Positions 11,289 through 23,165 of a stretch of 64,000 nucleotides of DNA are shown here, piece after piece. The DNA is from Takakia lepidozioides (taxonomy: Eukaryota > Plantae > Bryophyta): the NCBI GenBank assembly GCA_030704615.1, contig CM060734.1:29884001-29948000 (forward strand). Reading direction: 5' to 3'. A program made the position numbers and the translations under genes. The notes under the pieces were generated by a model. The model searched no databases. It was not told the DNA's origin and was given only the letters and a program-made list of their open reading frames with translations. Numbering within the stretch: the stretch's first letter is position 1; each line of letters starts with the position of its first letter.

Positions 11289-14200
11289 GTGTCACGCTGT
11301 GATGGGCTGTGATAGGCCGTGTCACGCTATGATGGGCTGTGATAGGCTGTGTGGCACTGTGATGGGCTGTGATAGCTATGCGAACACCTGTACTTCCCGC
11401 CTTGGTCATACACGCTCGGCTTAGCGACAAGTGCTCCATACTCCGTTGGTATCACTGGCGCAGCCCGTGACTGTTTTTGTGTTTCAACATGCAAATCGTG
11501 CTGCAATGGTTTGTCATGGATACCCACTGTATCCCTTCAACTTATTGGCATTAACTCTCCCCAACATTTCTTTGTTAATGGTTTGTAACATGGCGGTGTT
11601 ATTATCATACATCTTCTGTATGACATAAGGTCATTTCCATGGTGATTTAAGCTTAGAAGCTTTAATCTTCCCCTTCTTCTGCAACCACAGTACCAAATCT
11701 CCCGTCTTGAAAGTCTTTAATTTACCTTCATCAAACTGATCCTTCCTCTTCATCTGAATTCTGGTCATGTTATCAGCTGCATCAGCACGTACTTATTCCA
11801 TATGGTATAATTCATGTTTCCTGACCTTAATTGAATCTTCCAATTCCATTCTCCATCCCCATTCAGTTCTCATGGTAGGTAACAAGAATTCCACTGGAAG
11901 TAAAGTTTCCATACCATAAACTAATTGGAATGGTGTATACTTAGTGGTGACTTTATATGAAGTCCTGTATGACCACAAAGCTGTCAGCAGCTTTGTATCC
12001 CAATCTGTTCTGTTGCATTGACTATCTTAGCCAAGATAGTACATAGTATTTTGTTGGTAGCCTCTGCCTGCCCATTACCCTGTGGGTAATAAGTTGTACT
12101 CTTCCTATGCACAATCATGAACTCTTTAGTCAATAGTTTTATGGTCTCATTAATGAAGTGACTTCCCTGGTCACTGATAAATTCCAGGGGACAGCAAATC
12201 GTGTAGTATGTTCTCAGACAGGAACCTTGTTGTGGACTTAGCTGTGTTGTCCCTCAGAGCTTTAGCTTCCACCCACTTTGTAATATAATCAGTGGCTGTG
12301 ATTATATACTTGTTTTGTGTATTCTTGGCTGGTGGGTTAATTGGTCCAACAAAGTCTAGTCCCCATTTCTGAAATGGTTCAGTAGCATCGTAGGATGCAA
12401 AGCCATCTTCCCAGATCTCTGCAAAGGTCCTAGCCTCTGACACTCATCACAACTCTTACAATACTTGTGTACATCCTTGATCAAAGTAGGCCACCGATAA
12501 CCTGCAAGTAGTATCTTTCTACTGGTAGTCTCTTCTCCAAAATGACCTCCAGCCACTCCTTTATGAACTTCCTCCAAACTTTATTTACTTCATGGTGGTA
12601 CAAGCATCGTTAAGTACTCCATCAGGTCCTAGCTTATACATTCTGCCCCTACCATAGTATAGGGTAAAGCCTTGATAGCATTCTCTTCCTCTGCTCCTTC
12701 CATAACTAGGTGGGCACTGACCATGAGTAAGGTAGTATTTGATTGGCCACTGCCAATCTAACTAGTCATCTGCACTTCCCTGCACCTCCACTGCAAATAA
12801 ACTCGCATCAGGTAATTGGTCGTCTACTCCTGTGGCGGGCTCTCCTGTTGATAGGCGTGACAAGTGATCTGCCACAAGATGCAAACGGCCAGGCTTGTAA
12901 ACAACTTCGAACTTAAACTCGTGCAAGATTATTAACCACCTTGCTATCCTTCCACTTATCAAAGGTTTGTTCACCATATATCAGAGCCTGGTGATCCACA
13001 TAAAACATAAACTTCCTTCCCAATAGGTAATGCCTGAATTTCTTGACTGCATAAATCATTGCCAGTGCTTCTCTTTCAGTTGTGATATAGTTCCTTTCAG
13101 CGCTGTTCATCAACCTGCTAGCATAGTACATAGGTGAATCTATATTTCCTGTAACATTTTGGGCTAACACTGCTCCCAACGCTTCTCCTGAGGCATCACA
13201 GTGAACATGAAATACTACGTGCCAGTGAGGGTTAATCAGCACAGGTGTAGTTGTTACTGACAATGTAAGTTCCTCAAAAGCCTGTTGACATTGAGCTGTC
13301 CATGCAAACACTGCATCTTTCTTCATAAGCTTGCTCAATGGTGCTGCTATCTGTGCATACCTTTTGACAAATCTTCTATAATAACTGGTTTGTCCAAGGA
13401 ATCTCCTTATACTCTTAACATTTACTGGTGGTGGAGAGGCTTTAATGGCCTCTGTCTTTCTGGGATCCACAAGAAGTCCCCTCTTACACACAATGTGTCC
13501 CAAAAGCACCCCTGAGTTCACACAGAAAGTACACTTCTCTGGATTCAAGCCCAGACCTCTCATCCTGCATCTGGCCAAACATAACTCCAATTTATGCAAG
13601 TGCTCATTCTTAGAGCTGTACACACTGAAATCATCCATGAAAACCTGCATCAAATCATCCAGATACTCATGAAAAGATTCGCTTATCACTCTTTGAAAGG
13701 TTGCTGGTGCATTACAAAGTCCAAAAGGCATGACTTTGTATGCATAAGCACCCCAATCTGTGATGAAAGCTGTCTTTCCCTGGTCTTCTTCTACCACTGC
13801 ACTTGATTATAACCACTAAGCCATCCATGAATGAGTACATCTTATGGCCTGCCACAGTGTCCAATACCGCTTCTGTGAATGGCAAGGGAAAAGATCTTTC
13901 TTCGTACAAGCATTCAACTTCTTATAGTTCACACAAACTCTCAGTTTACCATTCTTCTTGGGAATATCACAATGGGTGACAACCAAGTTGATACTCTATC
14001 GGGTATATAAACTTAGCCTCAGCCACTTCTTGATCTCTTCTCCAATCTTCTGTGCATAGTTGGGATTCATTTCTATAACCTTGCCTGTTTGATTGGTACT
14101 GACCTGGTTCCAGTTCAATCTTATGCTGATAGAGCTCAGGTGGTATCCCTTTCAGATCCTCGTAGAAATACATCTCTGTATTGATGAACAGACTCTTAGC

Positions 14201-14515
14201 TTCCTCAAAGAATTCTGGCTCCAATCAGCTCCTACCTTTCACCATCCTCGGTTCCTCTTTAGTTCCCACATTCACTTCCCTCACCTGCTCATCAGCTGTG
14301 ATTGTCCAACCAGTCACCACTTCATCCTCCTATAAACTCACAGTGGCTGTTCCTCTAGGATTTCCATTTCTCCCTCTCTTTCTTCATAGAAATGTGGTGG
14401 GTAACTGCTTGTTTCCCTTCAGTTGGTGGTTGCTGTCACTACACCACAGCAGATACCTCTTAAACACTTAGGCCTTCCAGTTGCATCTCTGCAACCTGCT
14501 CCCACTCTGGGTGTG
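11289..14515 (-). pseudogene. pol: Degenerate pol (RT-RH-INT) of older Gypsy copy B, the target of insertions A and C
   Basis: Frameshifted fragments highly similar to the pol of copy A (ORFs 12913-13797, 12171-12577, 11793-11978). Confidence 0.92.
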
Positions 14516-14563
14516 TGTTAGAGGGCTGCTTGGGACTTAGACGCTTTTACGGGATCTCTGGGG

Positions 14564-14710
14564 GGGGGCTGCTATTTCATGAGCCATGAGCCATGAGCGG
14601 CATGAGCCATGAGCAGAGTCGTAAGTGTGGAAAAAAACATGAGCAGCACTATTTTCCGGAAATGAGTGTCCGCGGGAATAGGGTTTAGGGTGCCACGGTC
14701 ATAGGGGGAG
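14564..14710 (+). repeat. Left terminus of DNA transposon 1 with tandem CATGAGC repeats
   Basis: catgagc repeated at least 6 times; homologous to the reverse complement of 43600-43708. Confidence 0.8.
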
Positions 14711-15027
14711 AAGGACCTCCCGATGAAGGAGGTTCGGCAATGTTATTTAGAATTATATATTGAAAGGCAATGTTTCGCGAATGGTAGGGTGGTACTGCTC
14801 TGTACAATGGGGGCCCATTTCAGCCTACCAGCCACTTGCAAAATCCACCCACACTCCCAATCCCAAACGAAATGAGCAATGACGCATTCTCGGAACGATG
14901 GACACAGAATAGAATAAAAAGAGGGCACAATGAGGTTTTTATTGATCCACATGAATTGCATTTGAAGCACGTCTACTGTGCTGATTGTGCCATCAAATCT
15001 TTGAGCCCTGTGCCTACTGAATACAAG

Positions 15028-15591
15028 TCACGTTGTCAATGGGACTTCGACTGCTCTCAGAACTAGCTCATGAGTCATGGGGCTCCTCCATGTAAAGTCG
15101 ATTGCAGCCGTTGTACCGCCCCTAGTGATGTTCACCACAATGTCCTGCCCTTCAATCATACCACCATCGAATATGGAAATCTTCACGTTTTCGTCGTCCA
15201 CACCAATGCGAATGTCCCCATACAATGGAGAAGAGGAGCGCACTCCTTGAGGAGAATAGGTCTCTCCGATGGAGTCCACCCACGTCCAGTGGCAGCAGTT
15301 CCACCGCAACAGCATAGCAGTGCGCCTTCTTCTGCATGGGTGACCGTCGTAGCTGGGAAAATCGGAATCGAGGATGCGCAGGAGCCACGGACTCCTCAGA
15401 CCAAGATCGTCACCCCGCTCGAAGGCGTAGTGGCCTACGATATACTCAAAAGCCACCAATGTTTCCACAATCGAACCAGTATCTTCTGTGTAATCTGTGT
15501 ACCAGATAACAATGTCTCCCGATGTGGCCGAATACATTGCATAATCGATGCCTCCAAATGGGCAGTCGTCCCGGTTCCGGAAGCACGGCAT
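15028..15591 (-). CDS. Orphan ~187-aa protein, paralog 1 of a head-to-head pair
   Basis: Intact ORF from MPCFRNRDDCP; aligns end to end with 16121-16699. Confidence 0.8.
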   Translation of the reverse strand: MPCFRNRDDCPFGGIDYAMYSATSGDIVIWYTDYTEDTGSIVETLVAFEYIVGHYAFERGDDLGLRSPWLLRILDSDFPSYDGHPCRRRRTAMLLRWNCCHWTWVDSIGETYSPQGVRSSSPLYGDIRIGVDDENVKISIFDGGMIEGQDIVVNITRGGTTAAIDFTWRSPMTHELVLRAVEVPLTT

Positions 15592-15800
15592 CCTTGCAAA
15601 GGAGGACCTGAGGACGACTTGGATGCAGATGACAATGACCTTGCGGACAGCTACGAAGCCCTTAGATTTTGGAAATGATGCGAAGCGGAAGAGCAGTCCG
15701 GCCTCCAATAATGGAGCATCTGGGTCCACGTACCCACCGACGGAGGTGGATGAACCCATACATCTTTCTCATCAACAAGTTATAGTTTGAGATCTGCCAC

Positions 15801-15863
15801 CGAAGTCCATCCCCCGGATGGAAATTCGGCGCCGCATTTACATCGAAGAGGGGATGGACTTCG
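15801..15863. promoter_or_regulatory. Hairpin (14-bp arms) enclosing one copy of the element palindrome, between the divergent paralogs
   Basis: cgaagtccatcccc...ggaaattcggcgccgcatttac...ggggatggacttcg. Confidence 0.5.
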
Positions 15864-16120
15864 TCGTGTCCAGTGGCTATCGGCCCACCTGGCAGTGAGT
15901 GCCCATAGTTTGCATGGCAGGGTAGGAAACTGAAACGGCTACATTCATGAAGCAGCCAATCTTCATCGGTCCAGGATCCTGTAGGGGGGAAATTTAAATG
16001 TGCCCTGGAGTGTTTGTGAGGAATTGCAGCGTTAGCTTGAACTTTTTCCAGCCACCGCGCTGCTCCTCCTCCATCCGGGAGCTGCTGTCATTGAGCGTAC
16101 TCCGCTACTCTTTTTCAAGG

Positions 16121-16699
16121 ATGCCGTGCCGCCGAAATCCAGCCGACTGCCCTTATCATGGCCACGATTATGCTATGTTCAAACCAGAATCAGGAGACAT
16201 CATTGTCTGGCTCTCTGTTTTCACAGACGCTGCTGGAATCAAGCAAGAGTCTTTGCGCGCAATGGAGTATCTGGAGGGCTATTACCGCTTTGAGCGAGGT
16301 GAGGGCGAGGGTCAATGCGGTCCGTGGGTCCTGAAAATTGTTGACCTCGATATACCAAGCTGGAAAGGGATGCCGGACAGATCACGCACGGCCTCGCTTT
16401 GGCGCTGGAACTGCTGCCAGTGGACCAGGGAGGACGGCACCGGGGAAAACTATATACGTGCAGATCACTCCGCTCTTCCAGTGTATGGAGACATTCGGCT
16501 GAGTTGCGAAGACGAATCGCACGGGCACATGAGGCCCACAGTGACCTTGTCAATGTATGATGGTGGTATCATTGATGGACATGACATTGTCGTCGGCTCC
16601 AGCAAGGGCAGCAGAACGACCGAATTGCAGTTTACCTCGAGGTGCCGCAGCAGTGATGAGCTTGTTTTGAGGGGTATCGAAGTTCCGTCGACTTGGTGA
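16121..16699 (+). CDS. Orphan ~192-aa protein, paralog 2 of a head-to-head pair
   Basis: Intact ORF from MPCRRNPADCP; shared motifs DYAM, SGDI, FERG, RWNCC.WT, YGDIR, DGG.I.G.DIVV, ELVLR..EVP. Confidence 0.8.
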   Translation: MPCRRNPADCPYHGHDYAMFKPESGDIIVWLSVFTDAAGIKQESLRAMEYLEGYYRFERGEGEGQCGPWVLKIVDLDIPSWKGMPDRSRTASLWRWNCCQWTREDGTGENYIRADHSALPVYGDIRLSCEDESHGHMRPTVTLSMYDGGIIDGHDIVVGSSKGSRTTELQFTSRCRSSDELVLRGIEVPSTW

Positions 16700-16954
16700 A
16701 GCCCATGTAGAAGGAGGAAGGGCTTAGTTTTGTCTGCAGTTGGTAAATGTGAGACATCGTGTCCGATCAATAAACCCATCGTACCTCACTTCTGTATGAT
16801 TGTGTTTCATTCTGTTGAATAACTGTCGGAATTGGCCCACTGTTTACAATTTGATGTCTCATTTCTACAATGTGTCTGTCCGGATGAATATAGCAGAGTA
16901 ACGGTATGTGAGTCATGTGTCAAGAATATACCAGAGTAACGCCATGTCGGACAT

Positions 16955-17660
16955 TGAAATGCGGCACCGCATTTCCATGTGGGACAAGGAAATGCGGTGC
17001 ATCATTTCCGTCCAGGTACACGAAATACCAACACGGGTCTATAAATTGGACAGACAACGAGGTTGGCATTGCAAATGCGGCGACGCATTTCCAGCTTGGC
17101 AATGGAAACTTCTTTTTGGACAAGGGAATGCGGTGCCGCATTTCCGTCCAACACTTCGAAAAGTGTGACATTTCCGACCAGCGCGATGGAATGCGTTACC
17201 GCATTTCCGTGAGGGGTCTGCAAATGGACAAATTGCGATGTCCGTTCTGGAAATGCGGCGCCGCATTTCCATGTCCGTCATCGACTTTTTTTTTACAATG
17301 GAATGCGGTGCCAATTTTTGCTGATGGGCCTGCAGTTCGAACAACGACCATCCCCAATATGGAAATGCGGCACCGCATTTTCAATTCCGCATCACCTCCT
17401 TGTTCGAACCTCCTTGTTCGACCTCTGTAAGCGTGGTGGCATCCATGCAATGAGCGGGAGAGGCCAAAACTGGCGTGTGGACAAAGGAAATTTTGGAAAT
17501 GCGGCACCGCATTTCCAATCGGCCGATTACTTTTTACTATGCCAACATTGAAATGGAAAATTTAGTCCCTCCCCTGTTTTGGAAATGCGGTGCCGCATTT
17601 CCAAAAGAGGTTCTTAGAGTTGCCAAAATTTTGGAAATGCGGTGCCCCATTTCTGATTTT
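16955..17660. repeat. Dispersed array (~11 copies) of the 22-bp palindrome GGAAATGCGGYRCCGCATTTCC
   Basis: Copies read directly, for example at 17249, 17361, 17495 and 17581; irregular spacing. Confidence 0.9.
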
Positions 17661-17790
17661 GGGAGCGTCGTGGTTTGGGCGATTGTGTGGCTGGAATGCA
17701 CACTGGAGAGGGGTCACGAATGTCTGGCAGAATTTCCTTTATATACTCTGGAAGAGAATTTACATTTACAGAGACTTCATTAAAATTCTA

Positions 17791-18190
17791 TTAATCTTGA
17801 AAATCATCCGAATCCTCATCCTGTTCTAGACTGTCCTGCTCCGCCTCCACCCCCTCAGTGCCTTTCTCATCTCCAGCGGACTGCTCGTTGGCCAGGCTTT
17901 CGAAAATCCCATCTTCCCCTTGCGGAACTGTCCATCTCACCTCCGTTGGGTCGTCTTCCTCCCTGTCTGCGTCGCTCTCATCCGCTGAATCACATATGTA
18001 CTTTCGTACCCGTCTACCTGTCTGAGCTGCTGCCAACTCTTTCCTTATCCTTCTGTCCTCCCTAGCCCTCTCCAAAATCTGCTCTACTTTACTGGGATTC
18101 TCACTTCTTCTAATCGCTGTATTTGCGAGTTTATGACTGCCAACAAAAACATGCAGAAGCGTTACATTCGATTCATGTGGAAACATTACT
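17791..18190 (-). CDS. Small acidic-tailed protein of the EVRWTVPQGED family (possibly 5'-truncated)
   Basis: Homologous to 43014-43481 (IRRSENPSKVEQIL vs IMRSSEPSRVQQIL; EVRWTVPQGED identical). Confidence 0.7.
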
Positions 18191-18239
18191 GAAAATTGGG
18201 GAAGGATGAGCAGAGGGAAATTGGAGGACGACTTACTTC

Positions 18240-19967
18240 GTATATCACCTCCACCATTCCATCCATAGTGAGACGATACCATGTCCGGTCTGTTTTTGCA
18301 ACGGCTTTCTGAATGAGCTCGAGCTCCAGCATTTCCGCAAACATCTGCGGATCAGTGAGACCAGTTTTCCTCACCCTGTACAGCATATGTGCCATGTGGG
18401 TATGCACGTACGCATTCTCAGTGACCCTGCAAGGCACACTCTCCAGTTCAGTACACGGAAGCACGGAAACAAACCAGAATGGAAACCGAAATGCGGCACC
18501 GCATTTCGAACGTGCTAGGGAGGGTATGAGTATCTTACGAGTTGAGGTCCGCCATGGCATTTCTTGAGCAGGGAGGAGTCTGCCGCCTTCACCTTCAGGA
18601 TGACACACTCCACCATGTAATGCCAGCCAATGTGCTTGGCATGGTTCTGCTTGATGTACTCCCACCAGGCGAGAAGTCGGTGATTCCCGTCCCACACAAA
18701 GAACATTTTACCCGACATATGGCCGAAGTCTGGATCACCCTTCAGCGTCGCCTCGAATTCGTCGTTGCGAGTGTGCCAGTGGGTATCCCACGTTGACAAT
18801 TCATCGGCAGTGGGTCCACGAGTTTCGCCATCCTCATTCTCAATGGAAACGTAAAACGCTGCCGATCCCAGACGGTACCCTTCTCGAAATGCGAACTTGA
18901 GCTTATCCACATCTCCGGGAAGGGCCTGCCTTGACGATGGGAAGGGAGACCATGCGACAGAGTGGGATTCGAAGAGTCCGCTGGAATACCCTGCTGCCCA
19001 GAACTCTGCCAATGCTACTGTGTGTCTCCTCCAACATTTTATCCGCTGCACTTTTGAAATCCTCCGGAGACATGTCTGTAGGTGCCGGTAGTGGCTGAGC
19101 AGCTGGAGCATCCTCAACTGGAGCTGCACTCTGGGCCTGTCTGCGGGCAATTCTGCCATTGCAGAGGCCTCCTCCGGGCCTGCTTGCTCATCGGTGGTGA
19201 GGTCTTGCTGCGAACGTTGAGCGGCAGCACCCTCCTCCGGTACCAAATCGAGATCAACGGTCGATCCCATTGCCTTCGCTGCAGCAGAGTCGGGCCCAAC
19301 ATCTGCAGGCGGGAAATCCTCCAGGAACTGAGCTTCAGCTCGGAAGCGGTTTTGCGGGAGATTGTTCGCCCGTCGCCCTGATTGCCTTCTGCTTCCTCAT
19401 CCTTGCAGGTGAAGGTGTCTGCTGCAATTGAATCTGTCTTCTACCCTGCTGCTTCATTCGCGTTGGGGGGGTGAATCGGCCTGAGCCGGTTCAGAAGCCA
19501 GTAGAGGACGGAGCTACTTCTTCTTCGACTTTGCTGGAGAAGGGCCCGACCCCTGCTGGCGATTCTCCATGACGAAGAACGCGAGTCGATCTCTGGGCTT
19601 TGAACTTGCCCTTCGAAGACGCGTCTTTGAATCGCACAGGGCTAGGCCCGGCAGGAATACCGCGCTCGGGGATCGGGTGGGTGTACGTGCTGCAGCTAGC
19701 TCCTCGGACTCTTCCTGCGGCTCTTCGGATTCCTGCGATCCCTCCAGCACGTCCACCTTTCCTGTTAGGCATGCAAACATGTTCTGCATTCAAGTCTCCT
19801 AGCATTCAGTCTAAGAATTACAGAAGCAAAATGGGGGTTCGGTGCTCGATCACTGCGCGCAGCCCGATCGCATGGAGCTCTCACTGGTGGCTGGGTTGCC
19901 TATGGCCTGCTGCTCGAGATGGCAATCTCCTCCTGTAGGACGCATCTGCTTCCTCCCCTTCGGCATT
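18240..19967 (-). pseudogene. Spliced, degenerate gene encoding a ParB/Sulfiredoxin-like domain
   Basis: ...KMFFVWDGNHRLLAWWEYI... (DGNHR at 18677-18691); GT-AG intron 18427-18538; probable start MPKGRKQ at 19967. Confidence 0.65.
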
Positions 19968-20369
19968 GGCCTACGTCCGAAGTATAATTTTCGGAGCTTG
20001 CGACGAGGTCTCCTGTCTGGTGCACGAACTCCCCCCTCTCAGGTTCGAGCATAAGAAGAACAGAGAGAGGGAAAAGGGGCAAAAGAGTGCAGATGGAAAG
20101 GGCGCGAGAGGGGTGACTGAGAGACACGACAAAGTAGATGAAACGGCGGTGATGCACCACTTGGGTTCGAAAGGGTTGGACGAAAGTGTCTCCTCGTGGA
20201 GTTTGCGTCATTACGAAATTCGAATCGTTCAGGGTACGCCTGCCGTCCAAAAACAAACACATCATTATCCAACGGTCAGGCCGCGCCGCCTCATGCCCCT
20301 TCAGTCAGATAGAGTGCCGACATGTGCAGCAATTCCGTTGCTCCACGTGTTCACATTTCAAGGCATTTC

Positions 20370-22095
20370 CGTCCCAGCGTCTGATCAGTTGGAGCGAAAA
20401 TGCGAATGCGGCGCGCATTTCCGTTAAGTACCATCACGAAGCTACACATCCGTACTTGTTGGAAGAAAATGCGGCACCGCATTTCCGTTCCACCTTCACA
20501 TACCTTAGTTGTTGAACGGAAATACGGTGCCGCATTTCCGTCCCAGCTCCATGTATGACATTCAAAAGGGAAATGCGGCGCCGCATTTTCCGTTCTGGAA
20601 TGTCGAAAGGTGCGATTCGGACGGGATGAGCACAACATTCAGTTCCCGTGGTTCATGATTTTCAATGTGAACGGAAATGCGGTACCGCATTTCCGTTCCT
20701 CCTTCACATACGTTAGTTGATATGGAAATGCCGTGCCACATTTCCGTTCGGGAAAGTATAGAGGTCTCACACCTGGACAGAAATGCGGTGCCGCATTTCC
20801 GGTCTCGAAAGTTTGAAGGTCTCACATGGATGGAAATGCGGCAACACATTTCGTAGCACAGCTCCAGGCCCCATATAGAAACGGAAATGCGGCGCCGCAT
20901 TTCCGTTCTAGAATGTCGGAAGGTGCGACTCGGACGGAAAGGCGGTGCCGCATTTCTGTTCCCGTTGCGCACGATTTTCAGTCAGAACGGAAATGCGGTA
21001 CCGCATTTCCGTTCTGTAGAGTATTAACGTCTGACGCTGGCGGAAAGCTGTGCCGCATTTTCGTTCCACAGCTCCATGCCTCACATACAAAACGGAAATG
21101 CGGCGCCACATTTCCGTTTTGGAATGTCAGAGTGGCGACTCCGACGGAAATGCGGTACCGCATTTCCGATGTTTCAGGATATTTCATCAGAACGGAAATG
21201 CGGTGCCGCATTTCCCTTTTGAATCTAATACATTCCGTTCTGGAATGTTGGGAGGTGCGACTCGGATGGAAATGCGTTGCCGCATTTCAGTTCCGATGGT
21301 TCACGATTTTCAGTCAGAACGGAAATGCCTTACCGCATTTCCGTTCTGGAATGTTGGTAGGTGCGACTCGGATGGAAATACGCTGCCGCATTTCAGTTCA
21401 GATGGTTCACGATTTTCAGTCAGAACGGAAATGCGGTACCGCGCATTTCCGTTTCTGGATAGTATGAATGTCTCAAGCGGTCGGAATTGCGCTGTATGAA
21501 GCTGTCGGAATTGCACTCGCTCCATGCATCAGATACAAAATGGAAATGCGGCGCCGCATTTCCGTTCTGGAATGTCGGAAAGTGCGACTCGGACAGAAAT
21601 GCGGTGCCGCATTTATGTTCCCCGTTGTTCATAATTGTCAATCAGAACGGAAATGCGGTACCGCATTTCCGTTCCACCTTCACATACCGTGCTTGGTGGA
21701 TGGAAATGCGGTACCGCATTTCCGTTATGGAGAGTATGAATGTCTTTTAAGGACGGAAATGTGCTGCAGCATTTCTATCCTCAGCTCCATGCATCAGATA
21801 CAAAATGGAAATGCGGCGCCGCATTTCCGTTCTGGAATGTCGGAAAAGTGCGACTCGGACGGAAATGCGGTGCCGCATTTCTGTTCCCGTTGTTCATAAA
21901 TCTCAATCAGAACGGAAATGCGGTACCGCATTTCCGTTCCACCTTCACATATCGTGCTTGCTGGATGGAAATGAGTTACCGCATTTCCGTTCTGGAGAGT
22001 ATAAAGGTTTCCCCCGGACGGAAACTCGGTGCCGCATTTCCGTCGCTTTGGTGCATGATCAAGATGCAATACGGAAATGCGGCGCCGTATTTCCG
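20370..22095. repeat. Phased palindrome array: ~30 copies of the 22-bp palindrome at ~53-bp period with a 265-bp higher-order repeat
   Basis: Starts at 21542, 21595, 21649, 21702, 21755, 21807, 21861, 21914, 21967, 22020 and 22073. Confidence 0.95.
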
Positions 22096-22699
22096 TCCAC
22101 CAGCAATCGAAAGAATCACTCGGGACGGGAAATCTGGAACCTCAATGGGTTGCATTGTTCCGAGACAACACAATTGCAGCCAGTCTTGATGAGCACAACT
22201 TGGTTGTCTGACCGTTTTAACTAACAGTACTGGCACTTGTCAGTGCGAACGTTTCTATCTGCACCGAGAATACTGCTGGATCCACCCTCAGGAGAAACTG
22301 TTAGGAGATGTTATTTCGTCGCCGAATCGGCCATCATTGTCATACTTACTGGCTATGGAATCAAACCTCCCAACTTCATGCATGTAGCTTGAAACAATAC
22401 TTTCCACTTCAATGTGCGACTTCCAATCGTCGATGGACTCCGCAGATCCACTTAGATGGTGCCTGTGAGCCTTGGTCTGTCGCTATACTGAACCTCGCAC
22501 TTGCCAACTCCGTGCGATGTTCGTTGGCTCCGAATTCCTACGCTATAGTTTACTGTCCTCCGCAACTTGGGAGAGCCTGGATCCCAAATGAGGGAGGACT
22601 TTGCAGAGTGACTGAAACTTACCTTTGTTCCAAATTCAAGCTCAAACCGGGCACAGTTTATTTGGAAGAAGAAAGGAAGGATGTTCCTGGACAGATGGC

Positions 22700-22895
22700 T
22701 GTGTCGGACTGTGATGGACTGTGTCGGGCTGTGTTGGATTGTGACGGGCTGTGTTGGCTGTGCGAAGCTGTGATGGCTGTGTCGGACTGTGATGGACTGT
22801 GTCGGGCTGTGTATCTTCCCCCCTAAAGCCTGTTGCTGTCACCCCTAAGGCTCCTGTTGGTCTTAGTCTGTGTAAAAATTAAGGATACCCCACAG
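22700..22895 (-). repeat. Displaced (inverted) piece of the copy C 5' LTR
   Basis: Matches LTR sequence 11100-11250 and continues the LTR broken at 14563. Confidence 0.85.
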
Positions 22896-23165
22896 GAGGT
22901 TTACTATTTCATGAGCAGAAACCATGAGCCATGAGCCATGAGCCGCATGAGCCGCATGAGCGGTGAGCCGAAGTCTAAGATACGCGGATTTCATGAGCGG
23001 ACTCCTCCAAATTTGGAAATGCGGCAGATTAAACAAGTATTAAAATAATAGTTTTTTATTTGACCTTGCTGTTTTTGGACGTTCCAGATCATGTAATGCG
23101 GCGAAGATATGTCGTCAGTAACAAGTCCGCTCATGGTTTTTTAGATCCGCTCATGGAAATAAGTG
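22896..23165. repeat. Right terminus of DNA transposon 1 (in the inverted block) with CATGAGC repeats
   Basis: gaggtttactatttcatgagc...ccatgagccatgagccgcatgagc; inverted gctcatg copies at 23128-23156. Confidence 0.75.

Noticed and set aside
14676-14692. Telomeric repeat (tagggtttaggg)
   Set aside because: Only about two units; better explained as part of the transposon terminus or a telo-box.
20370-22095. CRISPR array (palindromic repeat plus ~31-bp spacers)
   Set aside because: Spacers recur every five units, repeats are degenerate throughout, no cas genes are present, and the context is eukaryotic with introns.
16908-22236. Many ORFs with repeated KCGAAFP / GNAAPHF / EMRRRIS peptides
   Set aside because: These are six-frame translations of the DNA palindrome, not proteins.
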